Source: Octopus sinensis
Taxonomy: Eukaryota
NCBI RefSeq assembly: GCF_006345805.1
Contig: NC_043017.1
Coordinates: 21,514,001-21,578,000, forward strand
DNA: 64,000 bases
Reading direction: 5' to 3'
Part shown: positions 13,370-25,590 of the stretch, in pieces
How the letters are laid out: each line of letters opens with the position of its first letter
Numbering within the stretch: the first letter of the stretch is position 1
Notes under the pieces: model-generated
Seen by the model: the letters and a program-made list of their open reading frames with translations, nothing else
What the model was told of the DNA's origin: nothing
The model's database searches: none
Position numbers and translations under genes: made by a program

Positions 13370-13692
13370 AGGGAGTGAGCTGGCAGAAACGTTAGCATGC
13401 CGGGTGAAATGCGTAGCCGTATTTCGCCTACTGTTACGTTCTGAGTTCAAATTCCACTGAGGTCGACTCTGCCTTTCATTCTTTCAGGGTCAATAAATTA
13501 AGTACCAGTTACGCACTGGGATCGATATACTCAACTTAATCCCTTTGTCTGTCCTTGTTTGTCCCTTCTATGTTTAGCCCCTTGTGAGCAATAAAGAAAT
13601 AAGAAACGTCTTTCTTTACATTCTGAGTTCAAATTCTGCCGAAGTTGACTTTACTTTCATCCTTTAAGTGTCGATAAAGTAAGTACCAGTTG
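13370..13692 (+). mobile_element. SINE family B with partial duplication
   Basis: Matches 3168-3490. Further copies at 17265-17400(-), 33418-33545, 37440-37547, 42335-42525(-), 42640-42868(-), 58309-58445. Confidence 0.85.
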
Positions 13693-13704
13693 TGTGCTGA
13701 GATA

Positions 13705-14075
13705 TATTCTTTTATTTGTTTCAGTCATTTGACTGCAGCCATGCTGGAGCACCGCCTTTAGTCGAGCAAATCGACTCCAGGACTTATTTTTTGTAAGCCT
13801 AGGACTTATTCTATCAGTCTCTTTTACAGAACTGCTAAGTTACGGGGATGTAAACACACCACCATTAGTTGTCAAGTGATGTTGTGGGGATAAGCACGGA
13901 CACAAACATATACATAAAACACACACACGCAGAAATATATATATATATACGATGGGCTTCTTACAGTTTCTGTCTACCAAATCCTCTCACAAGGCTTTGG
14001 TCAGCCTTTGGCTATAGTAGAAGGCACTTGCCCAAGGTGCCACACAGTGGGACTGAACCCAGCCACTCCTGCACC
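13705..14075 (-). mobile_element. SINE family A
   Basis: Reverse complement of family A; a second 3' piece lies at 14085-14215. Confidence 0.85.
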
Positions 14076-14269
14076 TATATTCATATCTTTTATTTTTTAC
14101 TTGTTTCAATCATTAGACCATGGCCATGCTGGGGCACACCCTTAAAGAACTTTTAGTCGAATGAATAAACCCCAGTACTTTCTTTATAAGCCTGGTACTT
14201 ATTCTATCGGTCTCTTTATCTGATGCAAAACTATCTGCTTAGAAATATTCTTATCTAAATTAAAATACT

Positions 14270-14412
14270 CCATTATTTACATTTGACAGATATTTGTCCT
14301 CTTAACACAACATTTTGGCTGATATACACTCCAGCCTTCATCAGGTGTCTTGGGGAAATTTCAAACCTGGGTTCTCATTCCTAAGGTATTTTTCAATGGC
14401 ATTATTATTATT
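14270..14412 (-). mobile_element. Penelope-like element fragment with decayed minimal hammerhead motif
   Basis: Minus strand acac-CTGATGA-a-ggctg-gagtgtatat-cagcc-AAAAT-gtt-gtgt at 14305-14348. Related sequence (cattatttacatttgacggatatttgtc) at 32119-32150. Confidence 0.6.
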
Positions 14413-14510
14413 CAAGAATTGAACCTACAATCACTAGATTGCGAGTACAACACCTCTAGCCATAAGGCCACATACCTTCACATATAAATAATAATACAAG
14501 TAAACATTTG

Positions 14511-14651
14511 TTCTGTTGTGTCTGGGGAGAGTCATTCTCTTCTGCTGCCTTATAATTTAGAAAAATAAAAAGAAACAGGTGGAAATTTTACCAGTGAGTG
14601 TGTTAAATTATAAGGCACCAAAGAGAATGACTCTCCCCAGACACAACAGAA
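14511..14651. repeat. Inverted repeat with ~48-bp arms
   Basis: 14511-14559 vs 14604-14651 are near-perfect complements. A single diverged copy of the same family lies at 42905-43035. Confidence 0.9.
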
Positions 14652-16044
14652 TATGGTTCAACACACGAACTCACATAAAGAATCTTGCAAACTAAATCCC
14701 AAAAAGAAATAAACATTTGTTATTTTACTAAAACACACTAAATTCTCATGCAAAATATATTTTTTTAATAAAAATTATGTGAAACCCATGATATGCATTT
14801 TTGTTAAAATAGAGCTGCAAAAGAATTAACCTGTGAATTGCTGAAGCTAAATATATCTGCATCAAAGAATGTCATGCAATCTTAAGTTAATGAAGTTTGG
14901 CACAGTCATGGCTGTAGAGTTAAGAAAAATAGTACGATAACAGGGTAATGTATGAGAGGTTGAGAAGTAAAAGGTGTGGATGTATCTTAGTTACCCTTAG
15001 GCATCTGTCTACCTCTATAGCCTCAGGGTGATCAATAATTTGTGACAGAAACTTAAGAGACAGAAACACACACATACACACACACACGTGCGCAAACACA
15101 CATTCACATATAAAAATATATGATGGTCTTCTTTCAGTTTCTGGCTAATAAAACCTCTCACAAGGCTTTGGTCAGCCTGAGGCTATAGTAGAAGACACTT
15201 GCCCAAGGTGCTACACAGGGGTACTGAACCCTGAAACATGTGGCTGGGAAGCAAGCTTCTTACCTGCATCTATATATGTAATTATTTACTCAATGGGATT
15301 CAATTGAATTGAGCCTACTGCAGAAAGTACTTCTTACTGAAGATGCCGTTCACTAGAATCGAACCCTGAACCACATGGTTACAAAATGAACTCCTAAATA
15401 ACACAGCCAGCCTTGATTGAGGAATATACTGATGTCGTGTTCACTTCATTCGTATATATTTATGTATAAAACTTTACCTTCGTTTTGTGGTATTACAATT
15501 TTAAGTTTCATGTGAAGGGCGCAGATAAAATATATTGATTAAAAGTTTTTCTTTACCTGAAAATAAACAAAAATAAAGGAAGAATAAATAAATAATATAA
15601 TCAAATAAGAAATCAATTTAACATGAAAGAAAGACATTAAAATTTTTCAATCTAAGTGATTTTTCTTCAAGTCGTTACTAAAGATGATGGACATTAGAAA
15701 ACTGAGATCAAAGTAGAAAGTTCTGATAATAAATATCTCTAATGAAAATTAGTTTTACTAATTAGTATTGGAAGAGAGTGATTAAAAGATTTTTAGATGT
15801 TTATTAAATATAGAAAAATATTCTTCGATCCAGAAGTTTACAAACAATAAACCCTCACCTCACACACACACATATGCACGCGCATGCACACGCACACACA
15901 CACAGTCATGCTCTGTCCTTTCTCAACTTTTTGGGGTTCTTTTGTAACTATTTTTTCTGTTTATATTTTATGCTTCAATGGAAAATTCTGGATGTAAGAA
16001 ATGATAACCCATAAACATTGAGGTAACACGGAATGAAATGATAC

Positions 16045-16452
16045 TGAAATAAAGCTGGATGTAGCAAATGTTACCATAGCTACCCTGGGGTACCACAAAC
16101 AGAAAAGACATTCAAATAAAGCTGGACAAAACAAATGTTATACTATTTATTCTGGGGTTCCACAAAGAAAAAAGACATTCAAATGAATTGGACATAACAA
16201 ATGTTATCCCAGGTACTCTGGAGTACCACAAAGAGAAAAGACATCTAAATAAACTGGACATAATAAATGCTTTCCCAGGTACTCTGGGGTACCACAAAGT
16301 GAAAAGACATTCAAATAAACTGGACATAATGAATGTTATCCCAGGTACTCTGGGGTACCACAAAGAGAAAAGACATTCAAATAAATTGGACAAAACAAAT
16401 GTTACACAAGGTACCTTGGGGTACCACAAAGAGAAAAGGCTATCAAATAAAT
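16045..16452. repeat. 66-bp minisatellite, about 6 copies
   Basis: gtaccacaaa-like anchor at 16090, 16157, 16223, 16289, 16355 and 16421. Confidence 0.95.
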
Positions 16453-16702
16453 ATGTCTGACATTATGGACATGTGTGTGATTAGAATGTTGTTGGGAAGA
16501 ATTGCAAAATGGACTTTCCAAGCCAAGCTAAGTGGCTAGAAGCCTACAGGTAAACCAAGAATGGAACAGTTGGATAAGATCTCCAGTCGAAGTTGGTCAC
16601 ACTTGGGGAGCCAGTAGGAAAATGGGATGACAGTTGTTTCTGATGAGACCCTAAGGAGAAAGGGCCTGAAGTCACTAACTCCATGACCCTCCCAGGAATG
16701 CA

Positions 16703-16960
16703 TGGAGGCACGTGGCTTAGTGGTTAGGATGTTGGACTCATGATTGTAAGTTTGTGGTTTCAATTCTTGAACCAGGTGATGCATTGAGTTCTTGAGCAAA
16801 ACCCTTCATTTCACATTGCTCCAGTTCACACAGCTGGCAAATATGAGTAATCTTGTGAAGGACTGGCGTCCCCTCCAGATGGGGAATTTACACATCATGG
16901 AAGCCAGGTAATCAGCCCTTTTTGAGTTGGTATGACACAAGAAGGAATCTTTACTTTTTT
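16703..16960 (+). mobile_element. tRNA-derived SINE with V-domain-like centre
   Basis: A-box tggcttagtgg, B-box ggtttcaattc, ttgagcaaaac, gaaggactggcgtcccctccag (V-SINE-like, inference), ctttactttt tail. Confidence 0.7.
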
Positions 16961-18266
16961 TACTCTCCTAGGAATAGTGAGAGGAGAAGATGAATAGATG
17001 GAGGAGAGCTATATTATTCATTGAAGAATGAAATTAATGTCTTAATGTCTGGTGAATCTTTAAACTCTAAGCTGATCTATGGCAGCAAGCAGTGGCATTA
17101 TTGCTTGAAGTTTGGCTACAAGTGGTGACATCATTATTTGTGGTAAGGCTGTGATTGGTGACGCTTGTTGACATTTCCTGTTGACAAATTATCTGCTAGC
17201 TCTGTGCTTTTGAATTCTTCTGGATTAAGTTAAAAATAATTGTAATTGTAAATGAGTGCCAATTTTGGCACAGGGCCAGCAATTTTTACAGGGAAGGGGT
17301 TAGATGATTACATCTATCCCAGTGTTCAACTGGTACTTATTTCATCGACCCCGAAAATGATGAAAAGTAAAGTCAACCCCAGTAGCATATAAAATCAGAA
17401 CTCATGTAATTAAAAATTTTTAAAAAACCCCAAAAACAAATTACATGCCATGTATGACTTGTAAAGCTAAAAGTCAGCAGAAAACACCTTTATTTATCAA
17501 ACTGAATCTATTTGGAGGGATTAATAATATAAACAAACATGTGAAATTGTGTTGTAGTGAAGTGTTGAGAAAGACGTAAAACTCAGGCAATCACTGACAT
17601 CCAAACACTTGTTTCTATGGGTCATGCATGTGTGTAATTTCAAATGTGAGTGTTTATTGTTGATGTATATGGGGTTGGCGTATTTATGTATATGGGGACA
17701 GTGCATTTATATGTGCGTACGGAGGTTAGGGCAGTAATGGTTCTCAGGTTGAACAGCTATTGACAGGTTTTTAAATCCTTATTTTCTGTGGGGGGTTTTT
17801 TCCGTTTTTTTTTTATGGTTCCTTTCTTTTTGATTGGTTTATAGAGTCTTCACGATTGCTTTGTATGGATTAGTCTCCATGCACACAGACATACACACAT
17901 GCACACATACAAACACATGTATACATACAGACACAAATACATACACACATACATACATACACAGACACATATGCATACACACACATATATGTCCATACAC
18001 ACATGCATACATATACATACACATACATGCATGTTTCTACATAAACACATGTATACATACACAGACACATATACGTACACATATATAGATAGAGGCATTT
18101 ACATAAACACACATGCATATAAATATAAATACACACACACACACACATACACACACAGTTTTTAGTTGAAGATATGAAATTCTCCTTCTCTTATTCCTTT
18201 TCTTTCTCTCAATATATATATATATATATGTGTGTGTGTATATATATACACATACATATATATGTA

Positions 18267-18338
<72 letters not shown>

Positions 18339-18617
18339 GTATATATATATATATATATATAAATATATAAATATATGTACAATCATGTATGTATATGTGT
18401 GTGTGTGTATATATATATGTATGTATACACACACACATATATATGCATGCATTTGTTTATGGCTGTGTATGTGAATACATACACGCTTACATACACGTTC
18501 ATACACATGCAACACAAATATATATATACATATACACGTATAGACACACAGACGCCCACTTAAACACCATTCATTGCCAAATATACCTACATGTGTTTGT
18601 ATACATTTATACATACG

Positions 18618-18651
<34 letters not shown>

Positions 18652-19446
18652 TATAAACAAAGCAGAAACGACACACACACGCACATGCACAAACACATGA
18701 ACACAGAAACCCACAAGCCCACACACTGAGGGCCACTATGTTTTATTGCACTTTAGTCGCCAACTAAATCTAATTAAAACACACAGTCCAGTTCAGCGAC
18801 CGGCTTACCTCTGCGTGATGGCCACTAAACTCTTTTCCATAAGCTTTACATCTTCACATGCACAACTAAAAAATAACACCTCTTCTATTTTCTTCAGTAA
18901 AGCTATTGATTTCATTTGCTAAGTCTGTGCAATGAAACGAAATGTCTTTCCTTCCACACGCTTCTCTTCAGTTGCCCTTTAACATCTAAGTGTGTGTGTG
19001 TGTGTGTGTGTTTCTTCAGAGGCGTTTCTTTTTTAATTTGTGTTGTTGGACTTTTGGGGAGTTTTTTTGTGTTTGCATATTTGCCATTTTGTTTTTGTTG
19101 CTGTTCTGTGTTTTTTGTCTTTGTTTCTTGTTTGCTTTATGCAGTCTTTAATCATATCCAAATGAAATGAAATAAAATAGAAGCAAATTGCTGCTTTTTG
19201 TTTTGTATATAAACATATAAATCTACATATATGTACATATATGCATGCGTATATATATATATATTATATTATATATATATATATAATATATATATATATA
19301 TATGTACATATATATATATATATATATAAATATATGTATATATATATATATGTATATGTATATATATATAAAGTGAGAATTCACAAAAAAGCAAAGGACG
19401 AAGATAGATGTGTAAACAACAAACAGATGTATTATTTATATATATA

Positions 19447-20013
19447 CACTTGCGTCGGAAATTAATTAGTACTTCTCAAATTTCTACATTTTCTTACATT
19501 TTCTTAATTTAATTAACTTATTATCAGAAACGAACTCGTTTTTAATCAAAAATTTATTAAAACATATCCCAGCACACCACATAATTGTTATTAATCGTGA
19601 AATTTAGTCAATATCTTGTTGCACCTCCTTTGGCAGCAATGACAGCTGCTACGCGGGTCGGCATGCTGTCTATGAGTGCCTGCAGGTACTGTGCAGGGAT
19701 GGCCCCTCATGCAGCAAGAAGTGCCCCAAACAGCTCGTGTCGGTTCCTGTATTGCTGCACATTCAAATCCCTACCCAATCGACTCCAGAGGTTCTCAATA
19801 GGGTTCAGGTCAGGTGACTGGCCAGCACGTACTCCTCGCCACCAAAGAGGTATCCCGTACTATCTCAACGTACTTTGCTGCGTTGATGTTGCCTTCGACG
19901 GCATAGAGCCGCCCAACACCACTGTAGCTGAACGCCCCTCACACCATCAGACCACCCCCACCATGCTTCATGGTGAGCAAATCAAGGGTGCTAATTAATT
20001 TCTGACGGTAGTG
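19447..20013 (-). mobile_element. Internally deleted Tc1-family DNA transposon
   Basis: ~26-bp TIRs (cacttgcgtcggaaattaattagtac / gtgctaattaatttctgacggtagtg) flanked by TA. Minus-strand translation gives KHGGGGLMV*G, SPDLNPIENLW and LIDSMPTRVAAVIAAKGGATRY*. Confidence 0.9.
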
Positions 20014-20124
20014 TATATGTGTATATATATCTATGCTAATATATATACGTGCATATATGCATGTATGTGTAGATAGATAAAGTGATGATTAGATAGATAT
20101 ACATACACTTACACAAACACATTT

Positions 20125-20363
20125 TTCTTTTACTTGTTTCAATCATTTGACTGCGACCATGCTGGAGCACCACCATGAAGGATTTTAGTCAAACAAATTA
20201 ATCCTAGGACTTATTTTTAAAGCCTAGTACTTATTCTTTCAGTTGCTTTTTCCTGAACTGCTATGTTATGAGGATGTAAACACACCAACACCTGTTGTTA
20301 AGTGGTGAATGGGGACAGATACAGAGACAAAAACACACAAACATAAATATATGCACAAAATAT

Positions 20364-20420
<57 letters not shown>

Positions 20421-20580
20421 ACAGGCTTCTTTCAGTTTCCATCTACGAAATACACTCACAAGGCTTTGGTTGGCCCACGGCTATATTAGGAGACACTTAT
20501 CCAAGGTGCCAAGCTGTAAGACTGAACCCAGAACCATGTGGTTAGGAAGCAATCTTCTTACTTCACAGTCACCCTGTGCA
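20125..20580 (-). mobile_element. SINE family A
   Basis: Reverse complement match over the full length. Confidence 0.85.
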
Positions 20581-20720
20581 TATATATATATATATATATG
20601 TATGTGTATGTATGTGTATATATATACATGTATATATATATACATATATATATATACAGATATATATATACATATATATATATGCATGTATGTGATGATG
20701 ATGATGAGGATATATATGTA

Positions 20721-21140
20721 CTAGCAGATATACTCAGCATTGCTTGGGATTAAAATGACATAATTTGTATATATATTAGAGTTATGTTGAAACATGTGAT
20801 ATGGAAAGTGCAGCATTGACAACCGAACATTTATGGAATAAATGATGGGCTATTTCTACTAAGCAACATATTTGGAGGATTCCAGGCCCTAACCTGTCAT
20901 GGAAAAATGGGGGGGGGGTGTTTTTTTAACACACTGAAAAGCTGTCAGTGGATATAGTCTCCTTCTGCTCCCAGGGGGTACATTACTCATTATGTGAAAC
21001 ACTTTAAGAGTCTAAAACCATCACTAGAAAATAAGTAATGTATGTCCCCAGTTAGGAGAATATCAGTTGAAAAATATAGCCATTATAATCTTTTACACAC
21101 ATACACACTTACACAGACAGAATGAGATTTATATTATAGA
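20721..21140 (-). mobile_element. Non-autonomous Helitron
   Basis: Minus strand A|TCTATAATATAAA..ctgtctgtgt.. ending in an imperfect hairpin (cccaagcaatgctgag) and CTAG|T. These are canonical TC/CTAG ends in an AT target. Confidence 0.7.
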
Positions 21141-21245
21141 TTAGAGGGAAAAGGACAACAAAACCAAAGCAGGATGAGTAATTCCAGTCATTTAGAATAT
21201 TTAATTAGAGTAAGGTGAATTCGAGGTAATTAATTAATTATTGGA

Positions 21246-21323
21246 TGTCTTACAGCTGTTTCTGGGATATCTCAAGTGATAGGTTAGCATCTCCATACAC
21301 TGGGTATTCCATTATCAGAGACA
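21246..21323 (-). ncRNA. Decayed type I hammerhead ribozyme motif (Penelope-associated type)
   Basis: tgtct-CTGATAA-tggaata..tatccca-GAAAC-agct-GTA-agaca. Stems I, II and a palindromic stem III are present; core G8 reads A. Confidence 0.55.
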
Positions 21324-21504
21324 AGGTGAGTATGTATGAAAGTTTTAGACAGGGAATTCACAGTTTATAAAAGAATACAATGGAAGATAGAATATACTTT
21401 TACCTGAAATATATATGTATCATCATCACCATTGTTTAATGTCCATCTTCCATACATGTATGGGCAGGACAGTTCACAGGTGCCGGCCAGGTAGAAAAAC
21501 TATT

Positions 21505-21550
<46 letters not shown>

Positions 21551-21789
21551 TATATAAATTCTTTCAGTTTCCATCAACCAAATCTATCACAGGGCTTTGG
21601 CCACCCTTAGGCTTTAGTAGAAGACAGTTTGCCATGATGCCACACAGTAGGACTGAACCCAGAACCATGTGGTTGGGAAGTAAGCTTCTTAACACACAGC
21701 CATATGAAAATTACTCATTTACATAAGTAATTTTATTTATTATGAATATTTGTCAGTTTAATTTTGGTTGGGGAGAATCAAGGAATACA

Positions 21790-22276
21790 TTAACCCTTTT
21801 GTTACCCTATTTCTGTTGAGATGCTCCGTGGTTCCTTCAATCAATTTTAATTATAACAAAGAATTTAATAAAATAACTTAGTTATCATTAAGCTAGTGTT
21901 AGGAACATATATTGTGACTAAGGTTTGGCGAAAGATTTTAATTCAGAACTTTTGAAAACAAGACGTGTACTACAGAACTAGGGGCATTTTCAGGCAGTTT
22001 GGCATCAAAAGCATTAATTGTTTCTCTATTATATAACTTAACCCTTTTGTTACCATATTTCTGTTGAGATGCTCTGTGTTTCCTTTCAATTCATTTTAAA
22101 TATAACAAACAATTTAGTAAAATAATTTAGTTATCATTAAGCTAGAATTAGGAACATAAATTGAGACGAGGGTTTTAATTCAGATTGGAAGATTTTAATT
22201 CATAACTTTTGAAAACAGGACATTTGTACTACAGAGCCAGAGATGGTTTCAGCTGGGCTGGTATCAAAAGAGTTAA
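21790..22276 (+). mobile_element. Two adjacent piggyBac-like MITEs (21790-22017 and 22038-22276)
   Basis: Each starts TTAA-cccttttgttacc and ends gg(c/t)atcaaaag..-TTAA. The interiors are colinear. Confidence 0.85.
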
Positions 22277-23104
22277 AATGTAATAACTTCCTTCATGCTT
22301 AAAAAATTTTTTTGAACAACAAACCAAGATTTTTTGCTAAGAAAATCAGCCACCAAAAGGATAACAGAATTATTAAAGAAACCTTTTTTTTTAGTTAATA
22401 TATTTAAAATATGAGTTTGTGATTGCTATCTCCATGGTGTTTCTGTTATTGATCCCAGAAGGGTGAGTACATCCGTGTACCTGAGATGAGATACGAACAA
22501 CCAAACTCTCGATGGTTTGTCTGAAGGCAAGGAATCAACTTACTCACCTAGCTTTTAGTGTTAACCACCATGATTGCATATATATGTACAGGTGTTAGTG
22601 TGTTATAAAAACACTTGCTACCACCACTGTCACCACTGGCACCACCACCACTACCAGCTTCACCACCACCACCACCATCATTGTGATCATCATCTAACAC
22701 CATCCATGCTGGCATGGGCGTATGGAGATGTAAAGATGTGTATTGGTGTACAGGTGTGCAAATGTGATTATGGTTATGGATGCAGGTGTTAAAAAAGTAC
22801 CTGGAATATGTAGGTGGTCAGATGTTGTTGACTTTGTATGAACCGGTGTGTGTATGTCAATATAAATGTGTGTTGAAGTTGTTAGATGGAAGCGGTCATA
22901 TATATACAAATATATACTTATATACAAAATATATATATACACACACACATCCATTTTTATATATAATATCTTTATTCCATGTACCTATATTTTATGTAAA
23001 CACACACACACAAATATCTATATATATAGATAAACATATATATAAATATATATATATATATGATATATATATAAATAAATATATATATGTATATAATATA
23101 AATA

Positions 23105-23161
<57 letters not shown>

Positions 23162-24100
23162 TATATACTTATGCATGTATGTATGTGTGCATATATATAT
23201 ATATATGTATATGCATATATACATATATATATAATTTATGCATGTGTATATATGCATAAATGAATGTGTGTATGTGTTCCCTAATATGAAATTGTGTATG
23301 CATATGTATAGAACATCTTTCTTTATGCATGCGTCCATACCTGCGAGCATAAATATGTATACGAAATCTTCCTGCAGTTGTATTTACTTTTTTATTTGCT
23401 TTACCTTTCTTTATTTTTTTTACTTTCTCCCCCCACCACCACCATCACTTTTTATTCACCTCACTGCGGTAAACATTAGGTGTAAGCTCACCGAAGATTT
23501 GGACTAAGAATAACTTTCTACAAGAGAAACATTACAAAGACCAAAAAAATATGAAAGAAGCATGTTTATAAATCTTACATTTGGAGAAACTTTTCTCGCT
23601 GTAGCTTCCACTGATGTTTTCTTTTCCTTTTATTTATAATATATCGATTCATTTATTGATTTTATTTATCTATCTAGTCTAGGTTTTTAAAATTTTTCCA
23701 AAAACAAGATAAAAACTCCAAAAACTTGAATTCCATCATGTTATCCAATTCCAAACAGATTACGTTTACGTTCATGTTACCAAAACTGACTGCAACTTAC
23801 AGGGTAGAAAGGTGGGTGTCTAAGAAGACCGTTCTTCTAGAAATTTGCAATTTGTTTTTTCTTTTTTAATATATTATTATTATTGTTGTTGTTGTTGTTG
23901 TTTTGTAATCTCGACATTCCCTTTCACTCTGCAGACTCCTATTGCTCTTATTGTTTGCTTGTTTATTCTTGGCATGATAAAGGAGAAAAATTTATATAAA
24001 AAAGTAAAATATATTTCTTATGTTTTCAAAGAAATTTTTTGAAAACATCTTCTTTTTAGTTGTTACTGAGTTATCAGAGTTTATATATATATATATATAT

Positions 24101-24414
24101 ATCACCGTGATCACCGTGACCGACCAGGCTATCAGATGCTGCTACACATCGCTGATCACAATGCGCTTTGCATTGTTTTAGTCTTCGAATGACGCCACCC
24201 CGCTGGCTAAGCGAGCAGGCCAAGAGAAGAAAGAGTGAGAGAAAGTTGTAGTGAAAGAGTACAGCAGGGATCGCCACCACCTTCTGCTGGAGCCTTGTGG
24301 AGCTTTTAGGTGTTTTCGCTCAATAAACACTCACAACGCCTGGTCTGGGAATTGAAACCGTGATCCTACAACCGCGAGTCCGCTGCCCTAACCACTGGGC
24401 CATTGCACCTCCAC
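24101..24414 (-). mobile_element. tRNA-Arg-like SINE, family D (possibly octopus OR-type)
   Basis: Minus-strand head ggaggtgcaaTGGCCCAGTGGttagggcagcggacTCGcgg..GGTTTCAATTCC; tail (cacggtgat)n. Confidence 0.8.
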
Positions 24415-24491
24415 ATATATATATATATGTGTGTGTGCGTGTGTGTATATATATATATATATATATAAACTCACTTTTTATATATATATAG

Positions 24492-24791
24492 CTTGGGTTT
24501 CAGAGGACCACAGCTCTTTAACATCCTCCCTAAATGCCTGAGAGATTTGCATGGTGTGGATGTGGGTTTCTTTAAAACTAAACTGGATCTCTTCTTGTCG
24601 GGGGTCCCAGATGAACCTACCTCACGACAGGAGACACAGATGTGGGCAGCGGCATCGAACTCCCTTGTTGACCAAGTGCTACGTATCAGAGGTGGATTCA
24701 CATATTAGTGTAGCTCATTCAGCGGTGGTGACCCAGCTTGGCCGCAGCCTTCGGGCTGAAACATTTTTAAAGATTTAAGGATTTTAAGGAT
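24492..24791 (+). mobile_element. LINE 3' end (CR1-group-like) with 3' stem-loop and (ttaaggat)-like tail
   Basis: GPQLFNILPKCLRDL..FKTKLDLFLSGVPDEP..AAASNSLVDQ, then cagcc-ttcg-ggctg and a short tandem tail. Confidence 0.8.
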
Positions 24792-24822
24792 ATATATGTG
24801 CCGATGTGTGTGTGTGTGTGTG

Positions 24823-25059
24823 TATTCTTTATGTGTGGGTTAACAAGGCTACCGTTGGTTTTATGTCAGAAATAAGAATCTCTACAATTTATCAAGCCAG
24901 CCATATGAGACATTGGTGCTCACCTCCAGCATGGATAAAAACATAAGCAACCCAAATTGGAGGTGAGCACCAATGTCCCATGTGGCAAGCTTGATAATTG
25001 TTGAGATTTCTCTTGACATGACACTGAAGGTAGCTTTGTTAACTCACAAATAAAGAATA
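24823..25059. mobile_element. Foldback element / MITE with ~105-bp imperfect arms
   Basis: tattctttat..gacattggtgctcacctcca / tggaggtgagcaccaatgtc..ataaagaata, TA at both ends. Confidence 0.75.
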
Positions 25060-25320
25060 TTTATCCATCAATGTGGTCTCCAGCACTCACTTTCAGTGTT
25101 TGACAGTTGTGTGTATGTATGTATGTATATGTGTGTGTGTGTAGAGAGAGAGACACACACACACACTTATATATAAATACATACATACTACATACATAAT
25201 ACATAATACATACATACATACATACATAATACATAATACATACATACATACATACATACATACATACATACATACAGACATAAATACTACATACATCAAT
25301 ACATACATACAACATACTAC

Positions 25321-25368
<48 letters not shown>

Positions 25369-25590
25369 TATATACATACATACAACATACATATATATTC
25401 AAATACAGTATAGCTGTGAAAATAGTAGAAAGATTGTATATTTCAGCCTTTAAGATGGAAAAAAGTTGTAATCTGTCTTATAAGGGTAACATACCCCATC
25501 TATTATTTATAATCATCATCATCATTAATATTATTAATTTTATTATTATTATCATCATCATCATCATTATTAATATATTATTATTATTAT

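Noticed and set aside
18744-18765. miR-92-like seed TATTGCAC
   Set aside because: No complementary arm nearby.
24330-24414. Possible tRNA-Arg(TCG) gene
   Set aside because: No complete cloverleaf or Pol III terminator; it continues into a SINE body and tail.
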